This document shows positions 62,312 through 64,000 of a stretch of DNA of 64,000 nt, one piece after another. The DNA is taken from assembly GCA_016181405.1 (NCBI GenBank), contig JACOZJ010000003.1, positions 176,126 through 240,125 of the forward strand. Reading direction: 5' to 3'. Made by a program: the position numbers and the translations under genes. The stretch comes from Candidatus Wildermuthbacteria bacterium (lineage in GTDB: Bacteria; Patescibacteriota; Minisyncoccia; Minisyncoccales; UBA10102). The first letter of the stretch is position 1; every line of letters begins with the position of its first letter. Under the pieces are notes generated by a model that saw only the letters and a program-made list of their open reading frames with translations, was not told the origin of the DNA and did no database searches.

Positions 62312-63811
62312 ATGAAGAACATGCTTTTACAACTTGCCAGCAAAGCAATTTCCACCAAATTCCTGCTTGGAGTATTCGCTTTCTCTCTTCTTGCGCATAT
62401 AATTCTTTTCAACTTCCCAAGCCAAGTGGTGTTCGACGAGATACACTTTGGCACCTTTGTGCGCTCGTACACCACAGGAGAATATTACTTTGATATTCAC
62501 CCTCCGCTCGGCAAACTTCTTATTGCCGGCACTGCTGAACTTGGCGGCATACAGTTGCCTTCTGATCTCACCCGCATAGGTCAGCCGTACGAACCAAAAG
62601 ACCTGTTTTTCCTGCGCATATTTCCCCTTCTCACCGGCATCCTTCTGCCCCTGCTGATTTATCTTCTTGCGCTTGAACTTACCAAATCCACATGGACAGC
62701 TTTTCTTGCCGGCTGCATGGTTGCGTTCGAAAACGCACTTCTCCTCCAGTCGCGTTTTGCGTTTTTAGATATTCCATTGCTTTTCTTTGGATTTGCCGCG
62801 CTTTTTGCTTTTTTGCGCCAAGAACATACGCGCAACATACGGATAAAATTGCTCTTGCTCCTTGCCGCCGGATTTTTATTTGGAGCGAGTTATTCTATTA
62901 AATGGACTGCACTCGCCCTCCTTGTCCCTCTTAGCATTATTGCGCTCTATTCGTTTTGGCAATCGAGATCCTTGAAATGGTTTGCAGTAAAAATCGGAAT
63001 TATCCTTACGGCTTCTCTCGCCGTGTACGTATTAAGCTTTGCAATTCATTTTGCCCTGCTTACTCAACCAGGGCCCGGCGACGCCTTTTTTGAAACTGGC
63101 TTTCGCCAAAAACCATTTTTCGAAAAATTTCTCTCGCTCAACAAAGTGATGTACTCTTCCAACAAGAGCATACAGACGCAACATCCATATCAAAGCTCGT
63201 GGTATCAATGGCCGCTTAACCAGAAACCAATTTTCTATTGGGACTTCATTATGCCAGAATCAGAACGTCAAGAAGCTGCGCAACGTCTCCAAGAACTCAC
63301 TCTGCAATTGCAATCTAACCCACAAAATATCGGGGAAATTTCAGCAGAGATAAGCCACCTGCAAACGGAAATTACTTCCTGGCAGGGGAAACGCCAGATT
63401 TGGCTCCTTGGCAATCCTATCGTGTGGTTTGCGTCACTCCTTTCTCTCGTTGGTGGGATTGTCCTTTTGTTTGCAAAAGTGTTTACAAAAAGGCCGCGCG
63501 ACATTTCTGCCCTACTTCTATTTGTTTTGCTCCTAAGCTGGCTAACCAGCTACGCACCTTTCGCGCTTATCAATCGTCCGCTTTTTCTTTACCACTACTT
63601 CTTCCCTCTGTTGTTTTCTATTCTCCTAGCCTCCTATAGTATTTCCTGGCTTATCAAAAAACTGATACCCAGCCGATATCAGCTCACAACTGTCCTCTTA
63701 TTTTCAGGGATTATAGCGCTGGGTTTTCTGCTTGTCAGCCCTGTGACATACGGCTTAGTCTTCGCCCCCGAAGGATGGTATTCTCAAACTATCCTCAAGC
63801 TATTTCTCTAG
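62312..63811 (+). CDS. GT39 dolichyl-phosphate-mannose-protein mannosyltransferase (PMT)-like membrane glycosyltransferase
   Basis: VVFDEIHFGTFVRSY...YFDIHPPLGKLLIA loop-1 signature of PMT enzymes. 499 aa, polytopic. Confidence 0.7.
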   Translation: MKNMLLQLASKAISTKFLLGVFAFSLLAHIILFNFPSQVVFDEIHFGTFVRSYTTGEYYFDIHPPLGKLLIAGTAELGGIQLPSDLTRIGQPYEPKDLFFLRIFPLLTGILLPLLIYLLALELTKSTWTAFLAGCMVAFENALLLQSRFAFLDIPLLFFGFAALFAFLRQEHTRNIRIKLLLLLAAGFLFGASYSIKWTALALLVPLSIIALYSFWQSRSLKWFAVKIGIILTASLAVYVLSFAIHFALLTQPGPGDAFFETGFRQKPFFEKFLSLNKVMYSSNKSIQTQHPYQSSWYQWPLNQKPIFYWDFIMPESERQEAAQRLQELTLQLQSNPQNIGEISAEISHLQTEITSWQGKRQIWLLGNPIVWFASLLSLVGGIVLLFAKVFTKRPRDISALLLFVLLLSWLTSYAPFALINRPLFLYHYFFPLLFSILLASYSISWLIKKLIPSRYQLTTVLLFSGIIALGFLLVSPVTYGLVFAPEGWYSQTILKLFL

Positions 63812-63818
63812 ATTACCA

Positions 63819-63850
63819 ATCTACCCCACCTCTACGTTCTGTCAATAAAA
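63819..63850 (-). promoter_or_regulatory. orphan copy of the TTGACA-N16-TAGATT promoter, preceded by terminator hairpin 63861-63893
   Basis: Same motif as 62070-62100. It points antisense into the 3' end of the GT39 gene. Confidence 0.35.
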
Positions 63851-64000
63851 AAAGAAGGGGCCGCGTACACCTAAGCAAGGTGTACGCGGCCTTGGGTTGA
63901 TCATCCTAGACGGCAAACTCCTGCCGAACATACTTCTCGAGTGGCGTCTCCTCGAAGGAGCAGATCAGCCAGAGGCAACCACCCATGTACCCAACCACCA

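Overview
This 64 kb window looks like a chromosomal segment from a small-genome bacterium, probably CPR/Patescibacteria-like. The evidence is an unlinked 23S-5S rRNA pair with no 16S, a FemX-type peptidoglycan gene, an HrcA/CIRCE heat-shock regulon, many short hypothetical and membrane proteins, and two GT39 mannosyltransferase-like genes. Most genes sit on the minus strand. The housekeeping core comprises msrA/msrB, hpf, uppS, rpmA, pyrG, rplI, ctpA, dinB, purC/purB/purM-like, hrcA-grpE-dnaK-dnaJ, murF-like, serS, lysS, greA, mreC-mreD-PBP2, typA, tRNA-Lys, tRNA-Ala and a nickel superoxide dismutase sodN/sodX pair with an ABC importer. Three patches stand out from this core. (1) An AT-rich defence island at about 24.4-28.8 kb holds a MutH/Sau3AI-like endonuclease and a beta-class DNA methyltransferase with an unknown gene translationally coupled between them. 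It also holds an hsdS remnant and a minimal nucleotidyltransferase/DUF2726/Zn-ribbon/membrane-protein cluster. (2) An AT-rich three-gene module at 48.7-51.8 kb encodes a 76-aa protein, a 781-aa GHKL (Bergerat-fold) ATPase and a 162-aa HEPN-motif protein. It lies beside an NYN-nuclease gene that is expressed from a duplicated copy of the 23S rRNA promoter. This is the strongest candidate for an undescribed conflict system. (3) A strongly GC-rich orphan transcription unit at 52.4-52.9 kb has a consensus sigma70 promoter, a structured roughly 330-nt transcript and a 35-codon ORF behind a perfect Shine-Dalgarno. Other notable features are a 22-bp direct repeat of the tRNA-Lys 3' end next to a GC-rich secreted-protein gene, families of paralogous promoter cassettes, and a MurF-like ligase whose N-terminal domain is replaced by a polytopic membrane domain. 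All calls rest on reading motifs directly in the sequence; no database search was possible.
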